From a virus, in the IMG/VR virus record IMGVR_UViG_3300025316_000011, positions 1 to 64,000 of that record: DNA of 64,000 nt. One strand, given 5' to 3'. Both the position numbers and the translations under genes were made by a program. Below, piece after piece: positions 26,739 to 36,771 of this stretch (the stretch's first letter is position 1; each line of letters starts with the position of its first letter). The notes under the pieces were generated by a model. The model saw only the letters and a list, made by a program, of their open reading frames with translations. It made no database searches and was not told the DNA's origin.

Positions 26739-28349
26739 TTAAATCCATGCAAGTACATACCACGAAGAAGTAGCGTGGTCACATCTTAGTTTGGCATAAC
26801 CTCCGGCACCTGAAAGTACCAAAGTTGCTACGTCTGCTCCGGTTTTGTCCACAAAGACAGTATCTCCCGCGTTTTTAGCGATAGTCCCCGTATTGGCACC
26901 ATATTGAGATAATTCTACTACAGTCCCATCGGTAAGAGTGGAAATCAATGGTAAAGTAGCGGTTTTTGACCCTCCCGTGGTGTCAAGGGTAATTTGGTTT
27001 GGAAGGTTGGCATCAGTAAAAACGGTATTGGCAATGATGATGTTTGACGATATTACGTTACGGACAACGGCATCAAGTTGCCCCTGAATATCGGATGATA
27101 CGTTGGTAAGGTAAGTTAATTTCCCCGCAGCGACACCCGAAGATACCATTAAGCCACCAGCATCCAAAGCAGGTATTGTCGAGGTTGCCAGCGTAGCCAT
27201 TTTTGACCATGATAAGGCGGCACCCGCAGACACGGAAGCATCCACGACTTTCCCTGTAAGTACCAAATCAGCAACTTCGAGGTCGAGGGATGAATTAACC
27301 CTTAGATATTTGTCTGATGAAGCCCCTAACGCAATGGCAGAGTACGAAGTACCGTTGAACCATAATACCGATTTAGCTGTCACAGTAGATCCTACCACGG
27401 CATCCATAAGCTGTTTAAAAGTAGGTGATATTACCTCCCCTGACGAGTTCATAATCATAGCGCCTGCCCCGGCCCCTGCACCACCGCCTCCACCGGGAGT
27501 AGCATCATATTTGAAAGTTCCTGTCACCCATAAGTCACCGGAGATTTTAACGAGGTATGCTGAATCAGCGGCACCACCAATGCCTAACCGTCCCCTCCAC
27601 GTTGTTCCGTCATAGCAGATAAGGGTAGAACCGTTTAATCCTCCGTTGACACCGGCACCACCATAGATATAGGCAGAACCTCCTGTTTTAGGATTGGATG
27701 GGTCTAATCCCGCCCCACCAACGAAATGAAGGTTTGAGCCATTGTTCCCTGTGGATGTTTTCGGGTTGATGTAAGCGTCAGCAGCATAGGTAAGCAGATA
27801 CGAAGCTGCGGTAACGGGACCTGTCCCCATATCGAGGGAATCCCCTGATGTGACGGGAGTAATAACCGTAGCGGTATCTTTCCATACACTCCCCGACAAT
27901 GCTGAATAAAGTAGTTTTTTAGGTTTGCCGGAATCAGCGGTATCGACAATAACAAGGAAATCCGTTGCTGCCAGGGTAGTCTTTGCTGTCAACGATGTAG
28001 GATCGAAGTCTATCTGGTAGTCAAGCCTGTCAGTTGCGGAAATGGCAGTTACCTTTATACCTTGGTAGGATGAATTACTCGAAAGGAGTTCCGTGCCATT
28101 AACCTGTAATGCCGGGAGATGGGATGGCAACACAACACCGTTACCACTACGGGCCTTACTTACTGCTGTCGTGGCGAGGGTCACGAGCCCCTGAAGTGTT
28201 TCAGTAGCATAGTCCCCGGATGAGACCTTAAAAGGTATGCTATCCATTAAATCCCTGAATGTGTTTTCTGACGGGATATTGTTGGCGTTGAATTTGGTTC
28301 CTGCCGTGGTACGTGGGGAATCGAAGAAAAAAGCCTTGTTGCGTTGCAT
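26739..28349 (-). CDS. tail fibre-like protein (no signal peptide)
   Basis: N-terminal F...IPSENTFRDLMDS anchor-type motif; G/S/T/A-rich body; LTYLTNVSSDIQGQLD segment; beta-sandwich-like C-terminus. Confidence 0.75.
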   Translation of the reverse strand: MQRNKAFFFDSPRTTAGTKFNANNIPSENTFRDLMDSIPFKVSSGDYATETLQGLVTLATTAVSKARSGNGVVLPSHLPALQVNGTELLSSNSSYQGIKVTAISATDRLDYQIDFDPTSLTAKTTLAATDFLVIVDTADSGKPKKLLYSALSGSVWKDTATVITPVTSGDSLDMGTGPVTAASYLLTYAADAYINPKTSTGNNGSNLHFVGGAGLDPSNPKTGGSAYIYGGAGVNGGLNGSTLICYDGTTWRGRLGIGGAADSAYLVKISGDLWVTGTFKYDATPGGGGGAGAGAGAMIMNSSGEVISPTFKQLMDAVVGSTVTAKSVLWFNGTSYSAIALGASSDKYLRVNSSLDLEVADLVLTGKVVDASVSAGAALSWSKMATLATSTIPALDAGGLMVSSGVAAGKLTYLTNVSSDIQGQLDAVVRNVISSNIIIANTVFTDANLPNQITLDTTGGSKTATLPLISTLTDGTVVELSQYGANTGTIAKNAGDTVFVDKTGADVATLVLSGAGGYAKLRCDHATSSWYVLAWI

Positions 28350-28357
28350 ATCGAATG

Positions 28358-28948
28358 TTATTTGAAAAGTAACCCTATTCTTACGTTTACGTATGTGCCA
28401 TTGAGGTAAACTCCCCCAATCCCAACTGTCAACTGATCTTGTACTATAATCTGTCCACCTATCCCGATACCAGGAAAGTCTTTGAAGTTTCTCCCGACCA
28501 TTTCAGCATATAACCCCCAATGGAGTAATTTGGCTTTGTAGGCGGGAGACTTACTGAAACAAGTGTCTGTTCTTAATGTTATCCTATCAATTTCTTTTGG
28601 GAATACAAAGTCTGAAAACGATAAGTCGTTAAGGTTCCCTAATATATGTGCCGACCAATGAAACCTGATACCTTTTTGGTTGAAAGTAGAATCATACCAA
28701 TTTTCACTGATCTCTTTTATGATAGTGTCATGGATGATGGTTTTTACTGGAATGGGTTTTATCCTTATTTCAGCGGGAATATGAATAGTGTCATATAATA
28801 TCACTGTATCTGCTTTTGCTGACTTATAGGCCGTCACCTGATCTGAAAGTACATTTATCCTACTATTGGCTGAAATCACTTTGTAGCCAAGGAAACAGGC
28901 CAATGCTATCAAAATTCCTATCACTACGTATGTTGCTATCTGTTTCAT
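28358..28948 (-). CDS. membrane-anchored lysis-module protein (spanin-like)
   Basis: N-terminal TM helix; DTV/DTI/DTI/DST sequons; C-terminal amphipathic beta strands; next to the holin. Confidence 0.6.
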   Translation of the reverse strand: MKQIATYVVIGILIALACFLGYKVISANSRINVLSDQVTAYKSAKADTVILYDTIHIPAEIRIKPIPVKTIIHDTIIKEISENWYDSTFNQKGIRFHWSAHILGNLNDLSFSDFVFPKEIDRITLRTDTCFSKSPAYKAKLLHWGLYAEMVGRNFKDFPGIGIGGQIIVQDQLTVGIGGVYLNGTYVNVRIGLLFK

Positions 28949-28949
28949 C

Positions 28950-29078
28950 TTAATAAATATGAGGTCTTTCTCTTGTGCAAATGCAAAATATGGCTAATGC
29001 GATGATTGCCAACACCAATAATCCCACCCCGAAGTTCGGGGTAGGATTTGATGTGGAGTTTGTTGGTTGCGGTGTCAT
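28950..29078 (-). CDS. 42-aa membrane peptide
   Basis: MTPQPT...FGVGLLVLAIIALAIFCIC; start overlaps the holin stop. Confidence 0.5.
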   Translation of the reverse strand: MTPQPTNSTSNPTPNFGVGLLVLAIIALAIFCICTRERPHIY

Positions 29079-29314
29079 TACGGTTTTTCGATAGTCAACG
29101 GCTGACCCGTTGAGTTCGTGAGGAAATTTTTGACCAAATAGGCAATTCCGGCACCTACCGCAGATAAAACGACTGGTTGCCAAAATACCCATGTGAAGGC
29201 AATGGTCCCTGCCTGTAATGCCTGATACACTCCGATTACTAATGCTGTGATAACAGCAAGGATAAATCCTTTTAATGCATCGAGCCAATTTAATGAAGCA
29301 AAATTTGAGTTCAT
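29078..29314 (-). CDS. holin-like protein
   Basis: 78 aa, two TM helices, LNW.DALKG...AYLVKN pattern. Confidence 0.7.
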   Translation of the reverse strand: MNSNFASLNWLDALKGFILAVITALVIGVYQALQAGTIAFTWVFWQPVVLSAVGAGIAYLVKNFLTNSTGQPLTIEKP

Positions 29315-29337
29315 TGTTTTTGATTTTAAGGTTAATA

Positions 29338-29790
29338 CTAATTGTGTTTAATAATTATATCGGTAATCTTTGTCAAATTTTCTTTAAATAGTTCGGTAAG
29401 TATTTTAACACCACCTTCCGACACACTCATTTTATTTTCAAGGTAACTACGAGTAGTGGAAACTAAGTCCCGGAAGTCGTAAATGTTTTTTTCAAGTTTG
29501 GCGAGTTTAAGTTCATGCTGATTATTGGTTATTTGCCATTCCTTATAAAATACCTGATCGTCTGTTTGAAGTTTGTTGAATTTCTCTGCTAAATTATCAT
29601 GTTTTGTGATAGCTTTTTCAACATCGAGTATCAAAACTTCTTTTTGCTCCATAACGGTCTTTAAAAGATCCGCCACAGACTGTTTAATCTCCTTTTGATC
29701 GGTTTTAAGGTTCCAATAGGTAAGGGAAATAAACCCTACCATCCCGGTTACTAACCCCGATATTATCCAATAGGCAGTAGATTGTTCCAT
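29338..29790 (-). CDS. TM plus coiled-coil protein (lysis module)
   Basis: N-terminal TM helix followed by heptad-rich sequence. Confidence 0.65.
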   Translation of the reverse strand: MEQSTAYWIISGLVTGMVGFISLTYWNLKTDQKEIKQSVADLLKTVMEQKEVLILDVEKAITKHDNLAEKFNKLQTDDQVFYKEWQITNNQHELKLAKLEKNIYDFRDLVSTTRSYLENKMSVSEGGVKILTELFKENLTKITDIIIKHN

Positions 29791-29808
29791 TACCTGACAT
29801 TATGAATT

Positions 29809-29997
29809 TCATGTTTTGTTCCACCACTTTCGAGTTTGTTCTCTACCTGCCAAGCTATAATGTATGTCATCAATACAGCGTAAACTATCCACATCATCCT
29901 GAATGACCATTTTGTTATTTGCGATCTGCTCATACCCCGTATTGTTTAATAATATATTTGATTTTGTGGTACATAGGCTGGACATGTAAAGTTCCAT
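29809..29997 (-). pseudogene. possible C-terminal remnant of an SGNH/GDSL esterase
   Basis: DDIHYSLAG...W resembles the D-x-x-H block V; no N-terminal blocks. Confidence 0.3.
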
Positions 29998-30058
29998 TTC
30001 GAATTATCTATTAATTGAATCGGTATATCCAAAGACTTGCATTTGGTGTTTTTTTTGA

Positions 30059-30436
30059 TTATTCTTGTGATACCTTGATTTTATAATTTGGCTCAATGGC
30101 ATCTTTGATTGCTTTTTTTAGTTTAATATCGCTAAAGAACCCATTCAACGCAGTCTGTATATCGGCAAACCTGATTTGAATTTTCACCTCTTTTACCAGG
30201 GTATCGCCAACACCGACAATCCTTTTTTTGGTTAGAGTTAGTTCAATGTTTGAACCATTCAGCGAAAAATACGATCCTGAATCGACTGCCTGAGTTGAAA
30301 ACTGTCCAAGGTTCCATTCATAGATAAAACGCGAACCATGATAGGTTGTGTCAAGCACCACACCGGGATTTTTAATGGATTGCCCAAACCCTGATAATGT
30401 CACAAAACAAAGGATAATTAATGTTGTTTTTTTCAT
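30059..30436 (-). CDS. secreted protein with a Sec signal peptide (125 aa)
   Basis: MKKTTLIILCFVTLSGFG|QS; DTT, DSG, DTL sequons. Confidence 0.75.
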   Translation of the reverse strand: MKKTTLIILCFVTLSGFGQSIKNPGVVLDTTYHGSRFIYEWNLGQFSTQAVDSGSYFSLNGSNIELTLTKKRIVGVGDTLVKEVKIQIRFADIQTALNGFFSDIKLKKAIKDAIEPNYKIKVSQE

Positions 30437-30438
30437 AG

Positions 30439-31506
30439 TTAGAATCCTGTTGAGAAAAGTAAAGAATTGAGAAATTTCCATCCTGAGTTAAAGCCCTGAC
30501 TTGTTGAGTTGCTTCCAGCCATCCACTCCCCCCCTGTGGCTGTGGAATAAGATATATTGCAAAATGATACGCGGGTAATACCTGTTGATTTTGTTATGGC
30601 CCACCCTGCCGTACCTGTCCCTGTTAATGTAATTCTATTGCCTGGGGTTCCGTTGATAGATAAGTTTGTAACTGTTTGTGTTGATCCATCTGTAAACTTT
30701 ATAAATCGAGTAACGCTACTATTAGTACCTAAAGTGGTAAATGTATTATTACCGGAAATAGTCATTCCTCCAGTTGTTAGTGTACCCTCCAAGTACACAT
30801 TTTCAAATGTTTTACCATTCCCTTTAAACGCTGGATTACCCGCAGTAAATCGTAAAGTTGACCCTGTTCCTGTGAAAGTGAAATTGCTGCCATTTGTTGC
30901 AAAGTCTATTGCCCCGTTTGCACTAAAATTAACATTTGCTGCGCCTGTAATAAGTGTTGAGGGATTGGTAGCGTCACTGATAGCAAATGTTTGAATAGTA
31001 CATGGCTTCCCATTCAAATTAATAGTGCCAATAGCTATTCTCATGCCTATACAACTAAGATTATCCATTATCTTTATCTCAGCACTTCCTCCTGACTTAT
31101 AAAAATTTCCAATAGAAATACCGTTGCTGTACCAAGTAGCCGAAGAAGCATTCTGCATGAGAAATGTTGATGCCGTTATTGGCATTGTACCACTTAGATA
31201 AACATTCCCATAAATATTAACGTTAAAATTAGTACCATTACCTACAACCGTTCCTCTGAATCCATGACAATTCCAATCCAAACAGTTTATAATTCCAGTA
31301 ATAGTGCAGGTGACATTCCCTGCTGCATAAGTAAAATAAAGATTATCAGAACTTGTAGGAAATGCAAGTGCAGTAGTCCATGATGTAGTATCGGTAGCGT
31401 AATTTGATAAGGTTGTACTGTTCCCATTCACGTTCTTCCAATAGTAATTCGTTGAAAATACGTTAAAAGAAATCAGTATTAATATTACAGTGGTTAGCTT
31501 TCTCAT
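30439..31506 (-). CDS. beta-helix tail-tip/fibre-like protein with a Sec signal peptide
   Basis: MRKLTTVILILISFNVFS|TNYYW...PTSSDNLYF; G/T/N-rich solenoid sequence. Confidence 0.75.
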   Translation of the reverse strand: MRKLTTVILILISFNVFSTNYYWKNVNGNSTTLSNYATDTTSWTTALAFPTSSDNLYFTYAAGNVTCTITGIINCLDWNCHGFRGTVVGNGTNFNVNIYGNVYLSGTMPITASTFLMQNASSATWYSNGISIGNFYKSGGSAEIKIMDNLSCIGMRIAIGTINLNGKPCTIQTFAISDATNPSTLITGAANVNFSANGAIDFATNGSNFTFTGTGSTLRFTAGNPAFKGNGKTFENVYLEGTLTTGGMTISGNNTFTTLGTNSSVTRFIKFTDGSTQTVTNLSINGTPGNRITLTGTGTAGWAITKSTGITRVSFCNISYSTATGGEWMAGSNSTSQGFNSGWKFLNSLLFSTGF

Positions 31507-31507
31507 G

Positions 31508-34500
31508 CTATTTAATATCTGCAATCTGTGAACATATATAAACTCCCCCAATATACTTTACAATTAGTAAGTCATTCGCCCCACTCGTATTTGTATAAAC
31601 AGGGGTTACGCCACCGGGATAAGTAAACGTTGGGCTTGTAGCTACTGTGTACGTTGTGGTTGATGCCTCATGTGTCATTAATACAGACACTATCTGTCCA
31701 GCCACCATATTGCTAAACGTATAGGTGCAATTTCCTGTCCTTGTTACTGTGAAATTATTGGAGGTAGAACAATCAAAGGTTATTGCCGTTCCTGAATTAC
31801 CGGATGCAACAACATCTGAATATAACCTACCTGTAACATTTACATTTCCCGTAAACTTTGCAGCCACATTAGTAGTTGCACCTGTTGGTGCCGCAACCTT
31901 TAATCCATATCCAGTTGTTACATTGGTCAATGCCTTTGTCTCAACTGCGACTGCACAAGACTCTGTTAATGTTGTGTTGGTTCCTCCTGTTGGTGGTCCC
32001 TGAATAACCACTCCATCAGCATCAGATATTGTCGTTGCACTCGTAGCTGTTAGTGTTGGGGTGGAAATTATAACGCTTCTCTGATTTGTAATTGCCCCTC
32101 CATTATGCTGAAGAGTACGAGCAAGGTTAATATTTACATCTGTTACCTCACTTCCCACATCAACACCTGATTGTGATCCTCCCGTCACGGATACTATATT
32201 AACCCCCGATCCCCCTGTAATTGATGGTTGTGTAACAATTAATTTTGGCGTGGTAATTTGAGTTGTGAAAGTTGGCGAACTTAAATTAGCTTTTAATACT
32301 AACTTGGTTGTCATGTCAAAATAGGCTGCAAATTTCTTATTTACCCCTGTATCAGATGGTAATGATCTTAATCCTATTGCAGCCATAGTAGTGTAATATG
32401 CAGCAAGTTTTTTATTGGCTGATGTATCGGCATATAACCAGTATGAGGACATCCCTGAAATTGGTTGATAATTTGCTCCCCACTCGTTTAATCCATCATA
32501 CATTGCCTTGGGGGTGACATACCCATGATGGTAAACGTTGCTATCAGCAAGATTAACATAAGTTCCCAATAGGGTGTGAGCATCAAAATATTTTCTGGTT
32601 ATATATCCATAACTTGTGTTGGTATTACTATCTGCACGTTTAGGGAATAATGTAGCAGAGTGATAGTCCCCCCAATTAAAGGCTGTGACACCTTTGTTCT
32701 GTTTGGTTCTCCAATCAGTAAGAGTATCATTATTAATGGCAATAGTTCCCGTAGTTGTGATCGTTCCTCCTGTTAATGGTGAGGTTGTTGAAATTGATGT
32801 TACCGTTCCTGAACTTGATGATTTATGGTCATTAAAATATTTTAATGTAATTGCATTAGCATTTGTATTTGAATCTGCTTTACTAAAATACAATCCTGCA
32901 TGATTACCCCACCCATAAACAGTATCTAATCTATCTATTGAATTTCTAATGTTATAAAAGGGTTTATTGGAATTAACATTAATCATTGTTTCGGGTATAA
33001 CATTATCTGCAACAATAGAAAAATAAGCATAATCAGTTGTTGCTGTCACACCTCTAATGAAAACATGATGAACATCACTTGCTAATCTAATCGCTTGTGA
33101 AGACGATCCCGTTTGTTCTGATATATATGATCCACCGTCAATTACACATGAATCACCAGAAATAAATAAAACCAAACCATTTCCAGATGGGTATTTGGGT
33201 GAAAACCCACTGCAATTAATTAACTTAGCACCCTTAGTAATTCCAGCTAATGAGTTTGTTCCAAATGCGGATATTTGAAATGCAGCAGGTGCTTTTGATT
33301 CCGCTGAACAGTTTACAAATGTTCCTCCTAATGATGATATTCCTTCTAATCCCCCTTCAAGTGCAACACCTACGCACCCATAAGCTATTGAATTATTATA
33401 TCCCACCATACCCTCATCTGTATGAGATAATCCCTTACAATAATATGCTATTGCACTATCGTAAGTGGGAGTTCCATTACCATTTAAAAAACCAACACCA
33501 GAATTTGCAGAAATTCCCATATCATCGCCTTCACCAATACAGTTATATGCTCTTGCCAATTTACCTAAATTGGCAAACCCTGTTTGACCATGTGAAATAC
33601 CCTCGCAAAATCTTGCCTCGCCTTGATTATCGAATGCCGCAGAATAAGGGTGTGTTGTTTCTGCGGTAGATTTAATTACTAATCCGCCCTCATTATAAAT
33701 TCCAGATTGAACTAATGATGTGCCATAGCAATCATCTGCTTTCCCACCAGCATCAATATGAATCCCGTATCCCGAATTACTGTTTACCCAACAATCTACA
33801 GCATACCCATTGGCACTAACATCTAATCCATAATTGCCTCCTGTTAACTTCGTAGCAAGTATTTTTGCACCTGTCAGCTTTCCACTTATCAATGCTCCGT
33901 AATTAGTTGTTGATTCAAATGTGACGTTGTTACAAGTTATTTCACTGCTTGTATTTGTGAGCCATAAACAGACATACTTTGTTGATTTAAAATAAAGATT
34001 TGACAATTGACAAATTACCTTTGTTCCATTATCCTTTACTGCCGTTAATGCTGTTGTATCAATAATGGTTACATTTTTGCCATATCCAAAGATATTAACC
34101 CCATTTTTTAGGGTAATCTTTTCGTAATATGTACCGGGATAAATGACGATTGAATAAGTTGAATCTGCCACAGTAAGTGCTGAATTTACTGTAAGGTATT
34201 TCTGACCCGAACCAACATAAAGTATTTTGTTTCCAATAGGCTGGAATGTCAATCCTGCATGATAAGGAGTTAAATATCCTCTAATACTATCTTCCTTATG
34301 AAGAAGCAAAGCTGTATCAACTGAAGGAAGTTGTGTTAAGTCATATTGTGTTGCATATCCACCCATTCTTACACTATCTTTCTTATGAACAAGTAAAGAT
34401 GTGTCTGTTGCAGGAGGGATTGTAGGCTTATCTGTTAAAGAATTATACGACTTTTCATCGAGATTAGCAAGGCTATCATGATTACTCATAGTTCTATAAG

Positions 34501-34822
34501 AACCTTTGGGTTGATATAATGTAGCAGCCTGAGTTTTTCTCAGGAATAACATAGTGTCAATTATCCCACCCCCAATAGACCCCACAGAGACAACCCATCC
34601 CATTCTGTACATGGTAGTCATGGAATCATTGACGGAAGTATTAGTATGAGTAAACTGATACTGCCTACGAGGTACGCTATCGGATAGTACAACGACCTGT
34701 GTGGCAGCAAAGATAGCCCCTAACTTAGTTCTGTTGTTTGGTAAGGTGAGAATAGGTTTTGTGTTCTGTCCCGCCGCCATAAGGCTAAAAAGGCATAAAG
34801 CTATAAATACTAATTTTCTCAT
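31508..34822 (-). CDS. 1104-aa tail fibre/tailspike-like protein with a Sec signal peptide and a pectate-lyase-like beta-helix
   Basis: MRKLVFIALCLFSLMAAG|QN; LYVGSGQKYLTVNSAL...IYPGTYYE beta-helix cap; GTVTSI..PLTGGTIT fibre motif; C-terminal adaptor-type domain. Confidence 0.8.
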   Translation of the reverse strand: MRKLVFIALCLFSLMAAGQNTKPILTLPNNRTKLGAIFAATQVVVLSDSVPRRQYQFTHTNTSVNDSMTTMYRMGWVVSVGSIGGGIIDTMLFLRKTQAATLYQPKGSYRTMSNHDSLANLDEKSYNSLTDKPTIPPATDTSLLVHKKDSVRMGGYATQYDLTQLPSVDTALLLHKEDSIRGYLTPYHAGLTFQPIGNKILYVGSGQKYLTVNSALTVADSTYSIVIYPGTYYEKITLKNGVNIFGYGKNVTIIDTTALTAVKDNGTKVICQLSNLYFKSTKYVCLWLTNTSSEITCNNVTFESTTNYGALISGKLTGAKILATKLTGGNYGLDVSANGYAVDCWVNSNSGYGIHIDAGGKADDCYGTSLVQSGIYNEGGLVIKSTAETTHPYSAAFDNQGEARFCEGISHGQTGFANLGKLARAYNCIGEGDDMGISANSGVGFLNGNGTPTYDSAIAYYCKGLSHTDEGMVGYNNSIAYGCVGVALEGGLEGISSLGGTFVNCSAESKAPAAFQISAFGTNSLAGITKGAKLINCSGFSPKYPSGNGLVLFISGDSCVIDGGSYISEQTGSSSQAIRLASDVHHVFIRGVTATTDYAYFSIVADNVIPETMINVNSNKPFYNIRNSIDRLDTVYGWGNHAGLYFSKADSNTNANAITLKYFNDHKSSSSGTVTSISTTSPLTGGTITTTGTIAINNDTLTDWRTKQNKGVTAFNWGDYHSATLFPKRADSNTNTSYGYITRKYFDAHTLLGTYVNLADSNVYHHGYVTPKAMYDGLNEWGANYQPISGMSSYWLYADTSANKKLAAYYTTMAAIGLRSLPSDTGVNKKFAAYFDMTTKLVLKANLSSPTFTTQITTPKLIVTQPSITGGSGVNIVSVTGGSQSGVDVGSEVTDVNINLARTLQHNGGAITNQRSVIISTPTLTATSATTISDADGVVIQGPPTGGTNTTLTESCAVAVETKALTNVTTGYGLKVAAPTGATTNVAAKFTGNVNVTGRLYSDVVASGNSGTAITFDCSTSNNFTVTRTGNCTYTFSNMVAGQIVSVLMTHEASTTTYTVATSPTFTYPGGVTPVYTNTSGANDLLIVKYIGGVYICSQIADIK

Positions 34823-34824
34823 GC

Positions 34825-35643
34825 TTATAGTTTTTCAAAGATAAATTCTATGTTAAAGATAGCGTTGTTCCAATCGTCTCCCACCCCTGCATGGTGAAGG
34901 TAAATAGTTGTAGGAGTTGTCAGGGAGAAAGTCTTATTCACCGCAATGGTAGTCAACCCTTTCGTAGTAAGATCGAGCAGGTTCATCCCTGAACAGGCAA
35001 AACATTCATTACCTCCCGAAGTGATCCCCATACTTAGCTGCGCCCAATTAGCGGTCTTATTCTCAAAGACAACATCATTGAATTTGTAGTTTCCCGGAAT
35101 CAAATTGAGAAATACCGAATCGGCTGAAATGTTGGTTTTGGTTGCTTTGACGGTACAGCATGAATTGGTGATATTGTTTATGATATATGTAGTAAATGAC
35201 TGCCATACATTAACAGGGACAGTAGTTGTGGCAAATCCCGTCGTTTGACCTGAATTACCCCTTATGTGGAATGGGTTCACCGCACCCTGGATTATCATGC
35301 TGCCGATACCTCCATTTGAAGTATCTCCAATGTACACGTTGATAAGGTCGGCAATGGTCTTGCCTTCAATCCCGGTACATTGTAGTTGCTTTTGGATTTT
35401 GTCAATGCAATAGAGTGTCCGGTAATAACTTAATGGATAAAACAAGCCATTGATAAGGTCTATTTCCCGTTGCTGTTCGATAATATCCAAATAAAACCAT
35501 AGGTTATGAAGCAGCGATAATCTCCGGGATTCAGTAACCTTTTTACCCATCACGAAGTCACGTATCATGTCATTGGATATCGACACTACGTAAGGGTGCG
35601 CTATTTGCCAATATGCCGTTTGCTGTTGTTCCCGGACTGTCAT
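34825..35643 (-). CDS. tail hub/fibre-attachment structural protein
   Basis: Cys-containing helical N-domain, GIGSMII...F.I motif, position in the tail operon. Confidence 0.55.
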   Translation of the reverse strand: MTVREQQQTAYWQIAHPYVVSISNDMIRDFVMGKKVTESRRLSLLHNLWFYLDIIEQQREIDLINGLFYPLSYYRTLYCIDKIQKQLQCTGIEGKTIADLINVYIGDTSNGGIGSMIIQGAVNPFHIRGNSGQTTGFATTTVPVNVWQSFTTYIINNITNSCCTVKATKTNISADSVFLNLIPGNYKFNDVVFENKTANWAQLSMGITSGGNECFACSGMNLLDLTTKGLTTIAVNKTFSLTTPTTIYLHHAGVGDDWNNAIFNIEFIFEKL

Positions 35644-35645
35644 GG

Positions 35646-36734
35646 TTAACAGGTTATATTGATGTTATTGCTCCCTCCGCATAATCCGCAGCGGTCGGTG
35701 ACTATCTTTAACTTGTCGATCATTTGACCGATGTCAGTCAAAAGATCACTCTCGCTTTTAGTGATAGGGTATAATCCTACATACTGGCTTTTCTGTAAAT
35801 ACACCATTTGGTTGATGCTCGTCACCAGTTCCCGTATCATCAGCAAGTCATGTTTTTTGGCCTTATTATCATCACAGTCGTCACATGGATCATCGCAGGT
35901 ACAAAGTGTGTACTTAAACAACTTCGTGTAACAGGCATTGGCTTTACATGTTTCAAGGATAGGTATGGTAACGACAATCCATGATGTAGGAGTAGGTATA
36001 TGCTGTTGGTTGCCATTGTTGACATAGGCAAGTTCAAATGTGTATGACCCGTCACCATAGGCAGAAAGGTCGATTATCACCGTAGTCCCGGCAAAGGGCA
36101 ATCCCTCAACCAACAACGTACCATCGTAGTTATAAAGCCTTGTCCGAACAACGACACACGATATGTTTATTGCTACCTCCCATTTCAGGCAGTCCGTCTT
36201 GGAAAGGACAAAAGCATCTCGGTCGATAAAGGTTATTGCCGTGGTTGCTATCGAAGTTGCCCCTACTGCCGCAACGGACAACCCTGCCAATGCGTAAATA
36301 TCGGCAATGGTAAGGGCGGTATATACATAACTCCCTATTGTAAGCGGTTGCCCTACGACAAGCGGGGAGAAATCAGTAACATCGAGTGCGGGATTGGTCC
36401 CCGAAGATGAAGGGTTGATAGTCCCGGTAGTAGTCTTGATATAGAATACCCCGTTATAAAACACTATCCCGAATTGACCGAAATCAATATTATTCAGTGC
36501 ATCCCATGTGTAGTTATACAGGGCATAGACTGATATCGTCTGCTGCGCCCCTACGGGGACACTCCATGAATCGGCATTGGATTGGTCAACATTGAAATCG
36601 GCGGCAAAGGCATCACTTGACCAGAATACCATTATCCCTGTCAAATCGCGTTCCCCCGCGGCATAAGGGGTAATGTCGCTGATACCTAAGTACCCATCGA
36701 GTGACTTGTCTAAAGAAATTACGGGTGTAACCAT
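35646..36734 (-). CDS. tail hub-like structural protein
   Basis: Beta-rich N-terminal part plus helical C-terminal part with CTCDDPCDDC and CGLC, resembling crAss-like hub proteins. Confidence 0.55.
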   Translation of the reverse strand: MVTPVISLDKSLDGYLGISDITPYAAGERDLTGIMVFWSSDAFAADFNVDQSNADSWSVPVGAQQTISVYALYNYTWDALNNIDFGQFGIVFYNGVFYIKTTTGTINPSSSGTNPALDVTDFSPLVVGQPLTIGSYVYTALTIADIYALAGLSVAAVGATSIATTAITFIDRDAFVLSKTDCLKWEVAINISCVVVRTRLYNYDGTLLVEGLPFAGTTVIIDLSAYGDGSYTFELAYVNNGNQQHIPTPTSWIVVTIPILETCKANACYTKLFKYTLCTCDDPCDDCDDNKAKKHDLLMIRELVTSINQMVYLQKSQYVGLYPITKSESDLLTDIGQMIDKLKIVTDRCGLCGGSNNINITC

Positions 36735-36739
36735 GTCCA

Positions 36740-36771
36740 CAAAATTAAGAAAAATTCATACTACTGTCAAA
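36740..36771 (-). promoter_or_regulatory. consensus Bacteroidota sigma70 promoter for the tail/lysis operon
   Basis: - strand TTTG (36771-36768), 20-nt spacer, TAATTTTG (36747-36740); ATG at 36734. Confidence 0.7.

Noticed and set aside
26739-36734. Diversity-generating retroelement targeting the tail fibres
   Set aside because: No reverse transcriptase and no adenine-variant TR/VR pair seen in the window
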